Shown in pieces: positions 1-10,188 of a stretch of 64,000 nucleotides of DNA. Made by a program: the position numbers and the translations under genes. The stretch is from Sodalis sp. (in: enterobacteria) (lineage in GTDB: Bacteria; Pseudomonadota; Gammaproteobacteria; Enterobacterales; Enterobacteriaceae), in the NCBI GenBank assembly GCA_052258065.1, contig JBQQPY010000002.1, positions 593,432 to 657,431 of the forward strand. Direction: 5' to 3'. Each line of letters begins with the position of its first letter. Positions within the stretch are counted from its first letter, which is position 1. The notes under the pieces are model-generated. The model saw nothing but the letters and a program-made list of their open reading frames with translations. It did no database searches and had not been told where the DNA came from.

Positions 1-512
1 TCGTTTTTTAATGCGCTTTTTGCTGTTTTACGCGATATCGTTTTGACGCATTGCAGTTCCATAACCTTATCGGAAAGTAGTGAGGAAATTACTTTTCCTG
101 CCCCTGTCTGCTCGCTTCAGCTTAATGTAATTAAATACGCTTCGGCATCGCAATCCACAATGCGGTAATATACCTATTTTCTCGGTTTACTGCTGAGGAT
201 TATCTTAATTCTTTCTTCGAAAGAACAACACTTGACCCAAATTGATCTTTCGGGCATCTATTTTGTAAAATCTCGGCTAACGACTTCCTACTCGGTTGCT
301 TTACAATTCTAATTGATGTATTGCAATTCAATAAAATCAATGAATTCAAAATTTTATGTCCGGCACACTTGCCTTGGCTGCGCAATGCTTCCAGTTGCGT
401 TCTTTCTTCTGCCGTAAGAGTAATAATGTATTTTTATTTTTCTATTTGGGAGGATTTCTTCAGCTCTGGCAAGAGATGCTGTAACTGTCACTTTTACGTA
501 TTAAGACACTAG
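1..512 (-). mobile_element. IS630-family element type B, 5' (HTH) portion, decayed, cut by window edge
   Basis: Minus-strand translation (ORF 200..385) reads ..HKILNSLILLNC..RKSLAEILQ.., a helix-turn-helix N-terminus. The same sequence recurs at 10.9-11.3 kb and 36.9-37.2 kb. The terminus ..GTATTAAGACAC at ~512 matches the end at 11,363. Several stops. Confidence 0.65.
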
Positions 513-905
513 ATTGAAATACGGCAGCGTTCAAGAATTTAGGTACTACCGCTAACAGCTTGTCCAGTCAGAGAAAGGGCCTTCCGCAAGGAAAGGCCAC
601 GACTTCCTGAACAGGCGAAAGCATTGTCTGGAAAAGATAGGGAATGTGGCTAAGACGCCTAACATCATCTCTTTTTTGTCATGTTAGAAACGGTCAGTTC
701 AGAGATACTATAACGCTTAGCTACAGTAGATACTGGCTCGTTGCTTACCTGAAGAGCAGCTCTAATTTTAACTGTTATAGTTGCCTAACTGTGGTGTCTG
801 AATATTATAATATAATAGTCTCAACTATATTCCTTAGTAGTCATCTTGCTATAAACAGGACTGTGCACTGAGGATCTATATAATGGTCAGAGACTAAACA
901 ATGAT
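513..905 (-). mobile_element. IS481-family-like element, 5' third, decayed, interrupted by the IS630-B copy
   Basis: Reverse complement reads ..ISELTVSNMTKKR.. and ..FLN.., as in copies at 3.5, 6.5, 12.2 and 16.9 kb. The left-end block ..TATATAGA.C.. is shared. Confidence 0.6.
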
Positions 906-1690
906 TGATGTATCCACAACACTAGATTTTTATGCCTAGCGAGCAGGCAAGTCAGCGCGAGCAGGAGGCTCTCTTCAGAAGAGCTGTTGAAAGAAAACAC
1001 ATACTTAAACTTTTCTCTAAACTATGCACTCAGCACTTTGCTTGTCAGATGCGCGCTAACAATCCTTATGGCACTGTTCATTGCCTTCAAGACGCTGCCC
1101 ATTGACCGTGGATCAGTGTCGCACAGTGACCCTGTCTATGACAATCAAGGGCATCCGAAAACAGGTCAGAACCCTGATGGCCACCGATTTCGCATCCAAG
1201 GATATAATGTAACTCGCCTGGACAAGGTGGAGAAGGTTTTTGCTTAAACTGGCACATTTCTTCTTTTTACTAACGGACCATAGACGAATTTCTGGCCACT
1301 TACAAGACGCTATAGAAGATCGAAAGGGGCTTGCGTTTCTTTAAAAGCCCTAATTTCTTGACGTCCTGATTCTATCTGAAAAAACCTGAACACATCGAAG
1401 CACTACTCATGGTAATGACCTGTAGCCTTATGATCTATTCCGCTCTTGAATATTGCATACGTCATTCTTTGGCGATTTAAGGACTCAGCGTACTAGATAT
1501 GCAGAAAACCAGATTTTAAAATCGACAGTACGTTAGGTTTTCCTCTATTTTTGTGAAATGCATGAGCTCATCGTTGGCGACTGACTATAGCAAGTAGTCT
1601 AACCTTAATTCTATTTAACAGACCATTATTGATGTTCTCAGTGAGTAATGCCGTCAAATTTATTCCCAAATCAGTTGCAGAGTAACTGAT
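905..1690 (+). mobile_element. IS4/IS1634-like transposase C-terminal relic
   Basis: Translation with stops includes FYLKKPEHIEALLMVMTCSLMIYSALEYCIRH. This resembles the conserved FLK.PERI.ALLMVM...Y..LE block of IS4-family transposases. Single copy in the window. Confidence 0.5.
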
Positions 1691-1699
1691 AAATTATTT

Positions 1700-2160
1700 T
1701 TATAAAAATATAAATAGTTAAGCTTTTTTGTAAAAACATAACGTTAGATCTTAAATCTAATGTTTTTTATTATATTTTTTGATTTGTTTTTTTGCTTGAC
1801 TGGAGGGTTTCTATTTCATGCTCTAATGATTTTAGTTTTACTAAAAAAGTAATAGTGACTACTTCATGATACTTGATTGCGGATTTTGCTCGGCTAGTCT
1901 CAACAGACTGGATGGTATTGTGGATACTCTCAATGCTGCTACTAAAAAGCTTAGTATCAGCGATCTAAGTTATAAAGTTGGCTAAATGAATACTAAAATT
2001 TAGCTAAATAAGGAGGTGTATGTTAACCATGCATAAGATGCTAAGTGCCTACTGTGGTGTTTTTAAAGGTTTTAGCAGAGTATTTATTCACTTAAAAGTA
2101 TATGTTTCCAGTATAGTTCCAGTTTATCCGTCTAAGGTTCGCGGTTAGGTTTATTTTTAA
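1700..2160 (-). mobile_element. IS1595-family-like element, 3' part plus right end, decayed
   Basis: Reverse-complement translation gives ..PPYLAKF*YSFSQLYNLDR.. (compare ..RYLAEFQYRFNRR.DL). Positions 1740-1860 match right-end sequence at 50,060-50,110 and 51,060-51,190. Confidence 0.55.
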
Positions 2161-2169
2161 TTTTTTAAG

Positions 2170-3021
2170 GAGGTACACGCAAAATTAAGCCGGTTTTTGT
2201 CGAAGACAAGTTTGAGGCAGTCTTGAGCCGTAAAATGAGAAAATGGATGCATAACCGCATTGTGTATGGTTATGCCGAAGGGAATTGAATTGTGCTAATC
2301 TGCAGCAGGGCGCTAGAAGCGCTAGGACAGCAGACCTTACAACAGATTGCCGATAAAGATATTGAATTTCAATTCGTCATCGTATAAAATAATAAGGTGA
2401 ATACTAAAAAACTGAAACTATTCATGAAGAGCGGCTGGGTAGCTGGGTTATATTGCTCAACGCTAATGCCGAATTTATTTCGGCTATAAGGACTGTGCTG
2501 AATTTGTATCGTCTGCTTTATGGCCCGACACATCCTATGGTTTTCATAGACGATATCCCTCGTCAATTGCTTATATACAGACTTGTGGTGCTGCACTTGA
2601 AGCCTAGGGAACTCAGTCCGGAAGACCATGAAACGGCTGAAGGAGCAATCTCTTCATGGCCAGCAAGCTTGTTAGTGAATCGTCCACCAACTAAAGTGAC
2701 TGAGCATAGAAGCAGGTTTAATTAGACCCGCTCTCTTAAGAGCATCTAAAAAATATCTTTACGTACACTGAATTCTGCTGCTCATGGAAATATCTATCAT
2801 GCAGGTTTATTACACTAAGCTCTTACGGAGGGTCAAGCCAAGAGTTTATAGGATCGCTTTGGATTCATTCGTATACCTAAAGATAGCAACTGGCTCAACA
2901 TGAAAAACATCAAGCTCAATGTGCTTATTGATAAATACCAGAATTATCATACTAAAAATTAAGTCATTGTGAAGTAAAGTTACCGCTTGCCATCGTCATT
3001 TTATACTTAATGTAACACTAA
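2170..3021 (+). mobile_element. IS630-family type B, 5'-truncated, decayed
   Basis: ORF 2453..2725 reads AEFISAIRTVLNLYRLLYGPTHPMVFIDDIPRQL.., the IS630/Tc1 block (EDVLDVY..YDP..PVVC.DE.PKQL). A ..KVTEHRSR.. relic follows. Right terminus ..ACTTAATGTAACAC at ~3,021. Confidence 0.65.
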
Positions 3022-3029
3022 GTTTTAAG

Positions 3030-3235
3030 CTGTAATTTTTACTCTCATGGAATTGCCTACTTTAACCAGTCGCAGCATAAAAGTCTATGTGATATCTATC
3101 TCCTCCTTCAAATGCAAAACTACCCGCCTTTATCAATCCGATTATTCGCTATCTGAAGTTTTCACTGCAAGAATGGGCTATTTAGACCTAAGAAAAAAAT
3201 TAGCTACAGCATATAGATAAATGATTATTTAATAA
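3030..3235 (-). mobile_element. IS630-family type C, 5' fragment
   Basis: The same ~200-bp sequence occurs at 5,950-6,160, 19,080-19,270, 25,850-26,010 and 63,780-63,970. The reverse complement encodes an orfA-type HTH N-terminus. Confidence 0.55.
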
Positions 3236-3239
3236 ACTG

Positions 3240-3470
3240 CAATAAAAGTATTTTAGTCTCAATAAGCTATATAGTGCTGTAACTATACAGACTGCCACTA
3301 AGCACGTCTATATTAATGCTCGAAAGTCATAATGTTGGTTAAAGTGATACTCAAATTCAGTCAGCTGACGAAATGCATTTTCGTTACGAATTGCATCGTA
3401 ATTGCCCAATATAGCGTTTTTGAAATTCTGCAAGAGAGTGTTTCTTTGCTTGAAAAAATATAGTTCAATT
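3240..3470 (-). mobile_element. IS1595-family-like C-terminal fragment
   Basis: Reverse-complement translation NTLLQNFKNAILGNYDAIRNENAFRQLTEFEYHFNQHYDFRALI* matches the IS1595/ISXO2-type C-terminal signature (..YH...YL.EF.YRFNRR.DL..L). Confidence 0.6.
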
Positions 3471-3474
3471 TTGA

Positions 3475-4461
3475 CTAGGTAGGCATGTAATCAGGAAGTG
3501 TCATAATGATCAGGATTCATAGTCAGAAAACTACAACATCTAAAATCAGAGCTTTTTCCCAAGCAAAAAACGAACCAGCATCTGCTTTTCTTCAGCGTTA
3601 TGGCATCTCTGAATTGAACGTTTCTCAATGGCAAAAACGAGATAGTGTTAAGCATTATAGCTATATCCCCATCATTTTTAGATGACACTGTAGCCTATTC
3701 AGAAAGCAGCGGCTGTTTTCTTCAGCAAGACGCTCTTCCTTCGACTGTACGATCTGTTGACGGTCGTACGTGAATCCTTAGCTCTGACTTAAATCGCTGT
3801 TTACGCAGGCATGCGCGGGGGTGTGGTGTAACATAAAGGAGAAAATACAAAATCAAAACACAAAGCGTTTAAAAATCATGCGCTTGCTTGCCTGTCTGTT
3901 GATACAAAACATATTTTACAAATGCTAAATAAAAATTCACGACGTTATATTTCGAACGACTGGATAGATTTTATGCGTTTTTACAAAGCAAAGACTGCAG
4001 GCTAATGCACGACCTTGCTTATATAATCTTAGTCAAGCATGTCTTATAGCTATTTATTAGCTACGTACAGACAGCAGCAAAAAATTTATAGCTCGTCTTT
4101 TAGACTGTAAAAATGCTGAGCTATCAGGAAAAATGAATTTGACTACTTATGTAAAAAGCTTCATATAGAAAATTGTCTTAGCCTACAGATACATCGACAA
4201 ACGAATGACAAACAAATCGTGTAGTCAAGTAATTTAAAAGGCTTATAGAAAATATACTATAAATTCATTATCACAATTCTGGTAAAGAGCTTAAGATTAC
4301 AATATACTGATACGTTTAGCTCTACAATCAGGAATTACCTCAATCAGTATTGAGTAGTAAAACTCCCTTGCAGTCTATAAAAAGCTGATACAAAATCAAA
4401 TATAAATTTTTGAAAAAACTATACTGCCTTTCTGGCTGCAATAAGTAATCAGCCTTATTTA
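3475..4461 (+). mobile_element. IS481-family-like element, near full length, heavily decayed
   Basis: Begins MIRIHSQKTTTSKIRAFSQAKNEPASAFLQRYGISELNVSQWQKRD (HTH), followed by relics of the ..EFLN.., ..FK.. and QTNG blocks. Right terminal repeat AATCAGCCTTATTTA at 4,447-4,461. Many stops. Confidence 0.65.
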
Positions 4462-4739
4462 TATGTAACAAATTTATTTAGTTTATTCTTTACCCTAATT
4501 TAAGTATGAAATGATGCCTGCACGCGCAGAAAACCGTTTTTCTTTAAAATTAGAAAAGATAAATAATAACTAATAAAAATATTAATTTACATTACATTAT
4601 TCGTATTTTCGCTTGGGAATGGACCCAAATGCGATTTTCCCGATTCGCAATACTTGAACGTAAGCGATGCCTAACGGATAATAGCTTTAATAATTGGGTA
4701 AACATGCCTTCAGGACAACGACGCTCCGGGAATAGAATA

Positions 4740-5084
4740 ATGAGCAAGACGACAGAATTTCCATTACAGTTTACTGATTTAGCGGCAAGTAAGGTCAAAA
4801 ACCTCATTGCAGACGAAGATAATTCGAATCTGAAATTGCGTGTCTATATTACCGGGGGCGGCTGCAGTGGCTTCCAGTATTGTTTCACCTTTGATGAAAC
4901 AGTAAAAGAAGATGACTTCACTATCGAGAAACAAGGGGTAGCGCTGGTGGTTGATCCTATGAGCCTGCAATACTTAGCGGGGGGATCGGTGGATTATAGT
5001 GAAGGGCTGGAAGGATCGCGTTTTATCGTCACTAACCCTAACACGAAAACCACCTGTAGTTGTGGGTCTTCGTTCAGCATCTAG
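4740..5084 (+). CDS. erpA: Iron-sulfur cluster insertion protein ErpA (A-type carrier)
   Basis: 114 codons from ATG 4740. [86 protein letters not shown] is near-identical in layout to E. coli ErpA. The upstream part of ORF 4629 is non-homologous. Confidence 0.92.
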   Translation: MSKTTEFPLQFTDLAASKVKNLIADEDNSNLKLRVYITGGGCSGFQYCFTFDETVKEDDFTIEKQGVALVVDPMSLQYLAGGSVDYSEGLEGSRFIVTNPNTKTTCSCGSSFSI

Positions 5085-5119
5085 TGAATCGCGCGTTAAG
5101 CTAGCTACGCATCGACAGC

Positions 5120-5145
5120 AAAACGCTGCGCTTGCCGCGTTTTAT
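5120..5145 (+). terminator. Possible erpA terminator hairpin
   Basis: AAAACGC-N10-GCGTTTT inverted repeat 36 nt after the erpA stop, with the 3' arm ending in TTTT. The stem is weak and AT-rich. Confidence 0.3.
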
Positions 5146-5227
5146 GCCCGAAATAGCTTATGCCGGCTCTAGCTGCGCGCTAATCCGCGTCAAGCACCTT
5201 TCGTCTATATCCGGTCCGTATTCTGCT

Positions 5228-6165
5228 GCGATCAAAATTATCGTAATCTATATAGGAATCAACTCCATCGCTTGAGCCTTTACATTCCACAACGAATCAA
5301 CAGTTCTTGCTAAAGCTTTTCTAAGCAGAAATTGCAGCCTGAAACACTATCTTGATAAGATTTAAATCCGTTAAATAGATAGAAAGATAAAGAATAATTG
5401 CATCTTTAGCCTCAATTGTTTCTTGTAAACCATTAACCTTATCAGCAACTAAATTATCTATTACCACGATATTTTCTAGTACGAGTTGAGGAAGAAGTAC
5501 CTGTTCTACATAAGCAACGAAAATGTGCCCGTTCATTGCTCCATCTAGTAATATAGCGAGACTTAATTCAGATAAACATATGCCAGCAGTGCGTCTAGTC
5601 CTTTCCCAGTCAGTATGCAGGATGCCTGCCTGGAGTTATTGACTTCATTTTTTATAGTCCTTTTCTGCGGTCTTTCAACCTGCTGATCTTTATTGTTATT
5701 GCTGTTTCATCGATGAAATAAGCTCTCTGGCAAAAATATGATATTTCTTCATGCCATGATTTTCGCGTATAAACTATATCTTCGCGGTCTTTTTTAGTGC
5801 TAAGCAAGGATTGTTTCAATACTGAAAGTACTTTTCAGAAATACTTGTATTCTAGACAAGGTTAGATAAGAGGAGTCATTAATAAGCGTAAGGATAAAAT
5901 CAAAATATACAAAAATTTTTAAGCCGAGATTTGAGTTTCCTCTACGCTTGGAGCTGTAACTTTCGATCTTGCAGAATTATTTACTTTAACAAGTCACAGT
6001 AGCAGAGCTTATTTAATATCTACCCACTGCTGCATGTGCAGAGCCACCCGCTTTAATTAATCCGATTATTGACAACCTTAAGTGCTCATTGTGAGAATCT
6101 ACGATTAAGACCTAAGAAAAAATTAGTCACAGTATATAGATGAATGGCTACTTAATAAAAATAGA
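5228..6165 (-). mobile_element. IS630-family type C, near full length, decayed
   Basis: ORF 5321..5536 reads MNGHIFVAYVEQVLLPQLVLENIVVIDNLVADKVNGLQETIEAKDAIILYLSIYLTDLNLI. This matches the DDE block F.AY.E..L.P.L..GD.VVMDNL.AHK...EAI...GA.LLYLPPYSPDLNPIE. The 5' HTH part lies at 5,950-6,160. Confidence 0.7.
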
Positions 6166-6239
6166 TAAAGACGCTCTCGCGTCTTAAAAATAGAGGTCAT
6201 AGCATCTGTGACTAGAGATTAAGAAATATACAAAATAGA

Positions 6240-6440
6240 GGAATGGAAAGTATATTATTACCCTTAGGTCAGAAGGGGGAAATGCCACTGAAAGTATTGG
6301 TCAGCAAGGGCTTACGTGCCGCACGGAAAGTGATGAATGAATTAATTTCTTGGATGATGCATTAATTTGAGATATAAAATGACCGAGTATCGAGGCGTTA
6401 GCTGAGATATTACAAATAGCTGCCCCAAGAACTAGCGGAA
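6240..6440 (+). mobile_element. IS630-family type B, 5' fragment
   Basis: ..TTATTACCCTTAGGTCAGAAGG.. and ..GTTAGCTGAGATATTACAAATAGC.. (..LAEILQ..) align to the copy at 17,230-17,410. Confidence 0.5.
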
Positions 6441-7310
6441 TAAGCGTTGCATTATATTCGCTCTTCAGGCAAGTAAAGCGTTATAGAATCTCTGAAATGA
6501 CTGTCTTTAAATGGAAAAGACGAGATGCTGTTTAAGAGCATAGCCCATATTCGCTATCTTTTGAAGATGATGCTATTGCCCGCTCAGAAAGCAGTTGCCG
6601 GTTCTCTGCAGAAGACGCCTTTCTTCTACCGAGCAATCTGTTAACTGTCGTATATGAATTCTTAAACCCCGCTATATCTTGATTTATTCTAGTTTGCTGT
6701 TTGCCCAAGCATGGATTAAGGAGCCGTGCGCAACTAAAGGAGAAAACTCTAACACTAAAGCACAAATCGTTTAAAAGCTATAAGCTTAGTTACCTGCATG
6801 TTGATGAAAACTATTTTCCATAAATGCTAAATGCAACCTAACGACGTTATCTTGCGTCAGTATAGATTGAGTAAATTGATGGATCTTATTCGTCTTTAGA
6901 AAGCAAGGAGCATAGCTGAGGTACGAAGTTTCTAGCGTAATCTTAGTTGAGCATATCCCATTGTTATTCATTGAAAACTTATAGACAAGGGCAAGTAATT
7001 TATAAATCGTTTTTTTGATCTGCGAACATACTCAGCTATCGGAAAACATGAATTCGACCGTTTATCTAAAAAAAATGAATATAGAACAACGTCTTAGACT
7101 ACTGATTCACCAATAAATTAATAGCATGGTCGAGCAATCTGGTCAAGAGCCTAAGAACATACTGCATTGATATGCATGACTCTACAGCTAGAAATTGCCC
7201 TAATAAGTATTAGGTAGTAAGGCTCTATTGCGTTTTATGAAATAAAGTAAAAAATTAATCTTAAATTATTCCATATTGCCATCTGGGATGTAGTGCATAA
7301 GCACCTAATA
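6440..7310 (+). mobile_element. IS481-family-like element, 5'-truncated, decayed
   Basis: Relics appear in order: ..ISEMTVFKWKRRD.., ..EFLNP.., ..FKSYKLSYLHVDE.., ..HEFD.., then right-end sequence ..AAATTATTCCATATTGCCATCTGGGATG. Confidence 0.6.
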
Positions 7311-7319
7311 CATCGCAAC

Positions 7320-7885
7320 GGGAGATGCTTAAATAAGATTGCGCCAGAAACATCGTGTCTTAGCCTCAGTCGAGACTTGATTCAGACGAATAAAAACCCA
7401 TTAATTCGCTCTATCTATACCCACGAAAAATAATGTCGTAAGGTTTCATTTGGCATTTTTTGGAAGATATGTTACATCAACATGCAGATAACTGGGCTCC
7501 ATAGCTTTTAAACGCTTTGTGCTTTGATTTTGGTGATTTCTCCTTTATGTCAACGCAATCGCCCTAGTCCATGCCTGCTATAAACAGCGATTCAGCTTAG
7601 ATTTAGATATGGCAGCTTTCAAGCATGCGCGTATGGTTGCTAAAAACTTGTCCACTTAGATAAGAAGCGATTTCCGCAGGAAACGATCACTGCTTTTGCA
7701 GCGGGCAACAGCGTCATCTGCAAACGATAGCGAATATAGCTATGGTTTTCAAAACTACCTCTTTTGCTATTTAGAAAATGTTAATTCAAAAACACCATAA
7801 CGCTTAGGCAAATACGCACTCGTTGCTTGGCATGAATAAGACTGTGCGTCAAGAGTCTGTATAATAATCTAGGATAAAACCACCC
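7320..7885 (-). mobile_element. IS481-family-like element, 5' half, decayed
   Basis: Reverse complement carries the ..FKAMEP..HVD.. block (AGCTTTTAAACGCTTTGTGC on the + strand) and the left end ..GAGTCTGTATAATAATCTAGGAT, ending ~10 bp from the adhesin stop. Confidence 0.6.
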
Positions 7886-7894
7886 AACAATACC

Positions 7895-8980
7895 CTACCA
7901 TGCAAGGTTACAGGATACGTTGTATATGAGATTGTTGCCACCGGAATAGGCTAGACCGACTTTAACAGTTGCTTTATCAGTAATACGATAACCTGAACCA
8001 AGCGCAATAGCTTGAGATGATTCATAGCCACCGATGCCTGCTGTAATGTTAACTTTACGGATAGAGTAGGGCTGGAAAAGACCGGTTAATGCAGCTGAAG
8101 CTGCTAGGCCACGCTCAACTTTAGTATTTATTTTAAATAATTGATACTGAACGCTGTTAAGACGCAACCTTTCTTTCTGCAGGAAAGAATCTAGGGACTT
8201 AACTGTGTTATGCACTCGATTTAGCTGAGCTATATTAGCGATATCATTATCGCCGAGACCCTCAGACACGCCGCTTATTACTCTGTTGCCTTGATTACCT
8301 GCAACTGAAAGAGTAGTTCCTTGAAGGGTCTTACCGATATGTATCGCACCATCATCGTCTTGATAGATATCTGTAAGCACATGAGCTGTATTATTTTGGA
8401 TTTTTTCAAACATTAATCGAGATTCTTTTTGATAATTTTCGGCGTAATCTGCTGACTCTATTAATCCTTTTTTGTTGGAATTTATTTCTTTTAGTGTATT
8501 ACTAGCTTCATCTTTTAACTCATTTATTTCTTTTTTATAGGCCTCTATGCTCTCTGATTGTAATTTTTCGGCTTGATTTTTAATGATACTCTTTGCCTGG
8601 AAAAGGTTCACAGCGTCAGTGTCTTCGGTAGCAGGAGCAACATTAGTCATTTGAGACACTTTCATTACATGATGCTTATCCAAAAGCTCATCTGGATAGA
8701 GACCACCAACAGAGAGCTCGATAATTTTATATCTAGCTAGCTTAAAAATCTGAAAACTTTTTGGTAATGCATTTATAGTTTTTTCTATATATTCACGACT
8801 ATATTTTCTATCTGACATTGCATAACTGCCTAACGCTGTTGAATTCACTACACTCGCATTAGCAGCATAACCTAATGCAGTAGTATCTCTTCTAGAAGCA
8901 ATTGCAGCATTACCTAATGTATAGGAAGATTTCGCTAGGCCATGTTCCACAATATCTTTCGCAATTGCTGCGTGAGGCAA
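7895..8980 (-). CDS. YadA-type trimeric autotransporter adhesin (short form). The true start is probably upstream of TTG 8980.
   Basis: Uninterrupted 361 codons. Two neck motifs: LSVGG..VSQMTNVAPATEDTDAVNLFQAK and LSVAGNQGNRVISGVSEGLGDNDIANIAQLN. A K/E/N-rich stalk follows. The C-terminal beta-anchor reads GLAASAALTGLFQPY..ITAGIGGYESSQAIALGSGYR..VKVGLAYSG..NVSCNLAW. The frame stays open to 9,208 and encodes a signal peptide there. Confidence 0.75.
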   Translation of the reverse strand: MPHAAIAKDIVEHGLAKSSYTLGNAAIASRRDTTALGYAANASVVNSTALGSYAMSDRKYSREYIEKTINALPKSFQIFKLARYKIIELSVGGLYPDELLDKHHVMKVSQMTNVAPATEDTDAVNLFQAKSIIKNQAEKLQSESIEAYKKEINELKDEASNTLKEINSNKKGLIESADYAENYQKESRLMFEKIQNNTAHVLTDIYQDDDGAIHIGKTLQGTTLSVAGNQGNRVISGVSEGLGDNDIANIAQLNRVHNTVKSLDSFLQKERLRLNSVQYQLFKINTKVERGLAASAALTGLFQPYSIRKVNITAGIGGYESSQAIALGSGYRITDKATVKVGLAYSGGNNLIYNVSCNLAW

Positions 8981-9176
8981 GATGATTAACGTGATAATTA
9001 TAGAATATAATAATCCTATTTTTTTAGAGGGAAAAGCAACTTTATTCAGAATATTTTTATATTTACTAATTTTCCTTGAAAAAACATTCTCATCTAAATA
9101 TATGCTATTTTTTGAACCATTTAATAATACACTATTTCTGTTAATTTTATCTATGCTGTTTATTCGTGTTTTAGTG

Positions 9177-9374
9177 TTAAGAATTTTTATATTTTTTACT
9201 ATTTTTAACTAAAGACACTTTAGATAAAAAATCAGAGGTTACTTTAATTTCCTTATTATATATAAAGTCTAGAGCTATATATATTCTCTTGAAAGAATAG
9301 GCTTTCAAGAAAAAGAATAAATCAGCAGAGGATAAAAAAGACAATAAGTTATGTCTTGATTCTATTCTGTTCAT
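9177..9374 (-). CDS. Hypothetical 65-aa ORF upstream of the adhesin gene
   Basis: ATG is preceded by AAGGA at -7. A 65-codon open frame is unusual in such AT-rich DNA. I recognise no homology. Its 3' end overlaps the open upstream extension of the adhesin frame. Confidence 0.25.
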   Translation of the reverse strand: MNRIESRHNLLSFLSSADLFFFLKAYSFKRIYIALDFIYNKEIKVTSDFLSKVSLVKNSKKYKNS

Positions 9375-9509
9375 AATGTTTCCTTTTTGTTAAAAATTTG
9401 TTTTATCGTTCATGCAAAAAAGAAAGTAATTTGCATAAGTTAAAATATTACTTGAATATGCATCGCATCTTGTGCAGTAAAGCTTGATCTGCAGTGAAAA
9501 TAAACAATT

Positions 9510-9917
9510 TTCAAGTAGATGAATACTCCTCTAAAGAGTGTCAAAATATAATACCTGGAACTTACCATACAATTCATGGCTAACATACTCCTTGTTCTCT
9601 AGCAGAATTTCAGTATGGATTTAACTAAAATTATGACTCAAGAGCACTAATACTGTGCTTCTTGATGGCAGTAGGGGAAGCACTTACAATACCATACAGC
9701 TTGCTAAGACAGGCCAAGAAAAGCGCTTAATTAAAAGTTATTCACTAATGCAAAAGAGAAGTAAAATAAATTATATTGACTGTTAATAGCGATTCTTTAT
9801 TGATAATAAAACTTTGTTTACTATAAAAATAAAATGGTTTTAAATAATTTAAATTATATTTTGTATTAATATTTCATAAACCACTATGAAGCCTCAGTAG
9901 GCAGTACTGATTAAGCC
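9510..9917 (+). mobile_element. IS1595-family-like 3' part
   Basis: Translation ..ECQNIIPGTYHTIHG*HTPCSLAEFQYGFN*NYDSRALIL.. carries the ..GTYH....YLAEFQYRFNRR.DLRAL signature. Confidence 0.6.
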
Positions 9918-10188
9918 GTCATTCTGAACCCAAATTAAGAAAAAACATAAAATCAGTGAAAATTAAAAACAAATAAAATCAATTAGTTATACTAAACTAA
10001 AGCTATTTAATTATAATTAAATGATGACTTCACTTTTTACTCAAAATTAGAATTATTATAGCTTAACTCAGGACCTTGCAGTTAATTAAAAAATTAACTA
10101 AAATATGATGAAATACATAAATATTAAGATCCTACTTTCTCATTTCACAAAATAGTCTAACCATCTACATCATTCTGCATCTAAATTA
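9918..10188 (+). mobile_element. Short IS1595 derivative (left end joined to right-end sequence) followed by a second left end
   Basis: GTCATTCTGAACC.. left terminus plus the AAAATTAAAAACAAATAAAATCA block (as at 53,44x, 37,26x, 53,0xx). Positions 10,070-10,165 match the right-end block at 50,060-50,140. A second left end, CATCATTCTGCATCTAAATTA, lies at 10,168-10,188. Confidence 0.5.

Noticed and set aside
3240-3470. Initial assignment of this and similar fragments (33.8, 43.9, 44.4, 52.8 kb) to an IS5/IS903-type family
   Set aside because: Careful translation gives ..LTEFEYHFNQHYDFRAL.. and ..LAEFKYRFNR... These match the IS1595/ISXO2 C-terminal signature, so the fragments were reassigned.
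4629-4739. N-terminal extensions offered by the ORF track for erpA (4629), dksA (38217), cyoD (20710), ackA (44775) and gyrA (60320)
   Set aside because: Homology to the E. coli proteins starts at the internal ATGs. These have SD motifs for dksA, or overlap coupling for cyoD. The extensions are non-homologous.
8982-9212. 76-aa plus-strand ORF (MINVIIIEYNN..) next to the adhesin gene
   Set aside because: It lies antisense to the open upstream extension of the adhesin frame. It is a low-complexity I/L/F/N-rich product of AT-rich DNA, with no SD and no recognisable homology.
9177-9374. Idea that the 65-aa ORF (MNRIESRHN..) is an extended signal peptide region (ESPR) belonging to the adhesin
   Set aside because: Only MNRI resembles the ESPR consensus. 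Joining it to the adhesin frame would put the signal-peptide cleavage site ~138 residues from the start, far too long. It is kept only as a low-confidence hypothetical ORF.
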